The notes below the pieces were generated by a model. It searched no databases and had not been told where the DNA came from. It saw only the letters and a program-made list of their open reading frames with translations. DNA of 64,000 nt from Callorhinchus milii (Eukaryota), in the NCBI RefSeq assembly GCF_018977255.1, contig NW_024704743.1:52454001-52518000 (forward strand), written 5' to 3'. Positions 62,392 to 64,000 of this stretch are shown in pieces (the stretch's first letter is position 1; each line of letters starts with the position of its first letter). The position numbers were made by a program, and so were the translations under genes.

Positions 62392-63291
62392 CTGTTGGCA
62401 AGGAAAAAAATGGATCAGTGAATCAATAACTTGTTTGCTTGCAGGATGATATACTATGAGCTTTGATCAGAACGCTTTACTGTGATGGGAAATAGGTACA
62501 GTATTTTCCATAAAGTAAGTTCTCTCCCATCACCTTTCCAAATGTTTTCCTTTCCTGCAAAATGTAAAGTCAGATTAATCTATATCAATATTTGATGATC
62601 TTTGTTCCATTCGCATGAGTGATCCCTCAGTTTTCTCAGATAGGATGCAGAGCAAAAAGGATGGTTGGATAGAGGATCTCAAAAACTTTGCATCTCATTC
62701 ATTTCTCCTTGCATGTTCATTTGAACATAAACATGCCTACTTTCCTCAATTTAGCGGATTCAACCAGGTCCACAAGAGGACCCCTAACAATCCACCACCA
62801 CCTTTAGAGATACGGGTTATGATGGAACTTTTATATTTTGTTTAACCCTGAAATAGCATTCGTAATGTACCACAAATATTCAGGTTAACTTACTGCCTCC
62901 CTAACTCAGAGGCCTTGATCGCTCCTGTAATCAAGTTCAACTGATCTCATACCTGGGACCTTCTGGTCTGAGCAGAGCCTTTCCCACTAGGCCTTTGGGG
63001 AGTTTATCTTTCTTTACTTACTTTACTACCATTTATTTGGAAGCCCTAATCTGCCAAAGTGAAAGCTCTGCATTTCCAAAATTTAGAATGTTCATCCATC
63101 CACACATCTCTATTTTCTATATAATTCATACTTACATGACCCTCCAGACTTTTCCCAGCATAGAAACCCTTACAACATTGGAATATTTGATCATCTCAGT
63201 GTAATTCATTACTACTACTTCACAGTCCTGTTGATTACTATACATTTCTATAATAAATTCCCTGTTTCTCTGACGTTGCTCTTTAAATTAC

Positions 63292-63459
63292 CTTTTCCAG
63301 TCCAGTGGAGTTGTCATTGATGTCATCAGGTAACAGGATGACCATACTCAGCTCATTCTCATAGTACGGAAGCTCAACAATACTGGTTTGAAGCTCACTG
63401 ATATAAGCAATGTAGAAGTATCCTTCTTGGTACATCATATTCACTGTCTTTGACTTCGA
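63292..63459 (-). CDS. Clade B serpin penultimate exon
   Basis: cag|SKSKTVNMMYQ...ELPYYENELSMVILLPDDINDNSTGLEK|gtaatt; the DDI.D.STGL segment is SERPINB1-like. Confidence 0.93.
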
Positions 63460-63548
63460 CTGTGAACAAATATAAGAATTAACATGAATATTGTATTGAC
63501 AGAATGGGAAAAATGTCAGACTTGAGATTTGAAACCAAAGTGAAATAC

Positions 63549-63691
63549 CTTGCTCAATCTGAAGGGTTTCTTGTACGTATCATTCTCTTGAAATTTTTGT
63601 TCCCAGCTGCCTTTAAAGTAGACAGCATTTACAAGCACAAGTTTGGTGAGATCAGTTATAGTGCCCGGGGAGAGCAGGTTTGAGATTTTAC
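63549..63691 (-). CDS. Clade B serpin (SERPINB1/leukocyte elastase inhibitor-like) internal exon
   Basis: cag|GKISNLLSPGTITDLTKLVLVNAVYFKGSWEQKFQENDTYKKPFRLSK|gtattt; 143 nt. Confidence 0.93.
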
Positions 63692-64000
63692 CTGAATGAA
63701 ATCACACACCAATGAGTTTGTACGATTTCAGAACATGGAACAATGGTGTTTGAAACACAAAGTAATTTCATTTTTACATTTTTTAACATTTTTATTGCAT
63801 TATCAAGAAGCCAGTAATCTGTGATCACCTTCATGAGCTCCTGTTTTTCTAACGTTAATATTTTATACACAAATATTTTGATGTTATAGAGGGGCTGTTT
63901 GGTGCATATGCATTGTACAGTTTGGGGTACAAAAAAATAGAAATGGGTCCTGGTCTTAGAGTACAGATTCACCAGATTAATACTTGGACTTAAGGGTCTC

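Overview
AT-rich vertebrate genomic DNA. The repeat inventory (Deu-type tRNA SINEs, CR1/L2 LINE fragments, Penelope-like remnants) suggests a cartilaginous fish; this is an inference. Three spliced protein-coding genes were reconstructed by hand, all with GT-AG introns and consistent phases. (1) SLC6A3/dopamine transporter, + strand, 13 coding exons at 161-17647; the N-terminal exon is upstream of the window. (2) A complete 14-exon ACCS-like fold-type I PLP enzyme gene, - strand, 58751-40311, 468 aa, with a CpG-rich promoter and a ~1.2 kb G-rich minisatellite in intron 1. (3) The last three exons of a clade-B (SERPINB1-like) serpin, - strand, 63691-61921. The most notable observations are: a 24-aa serpin C-terminal extension ending in a CaaX box (CTIL), i.e. 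a candidate prenylated serpin; NET-like extracellular loops and two Gly->Glu changes in the DAT; inverted SINE pairs bracketing DAT exons; Penelope-like remnants carrying degenerate minimal hammerhead motifs; and fold-back scars at SINE 5' junctions. Most entries in the supplied ORF track are exon fragments or repeat/low-complexity artefacts. All family assignments come from remembered motifs, not from database searches.
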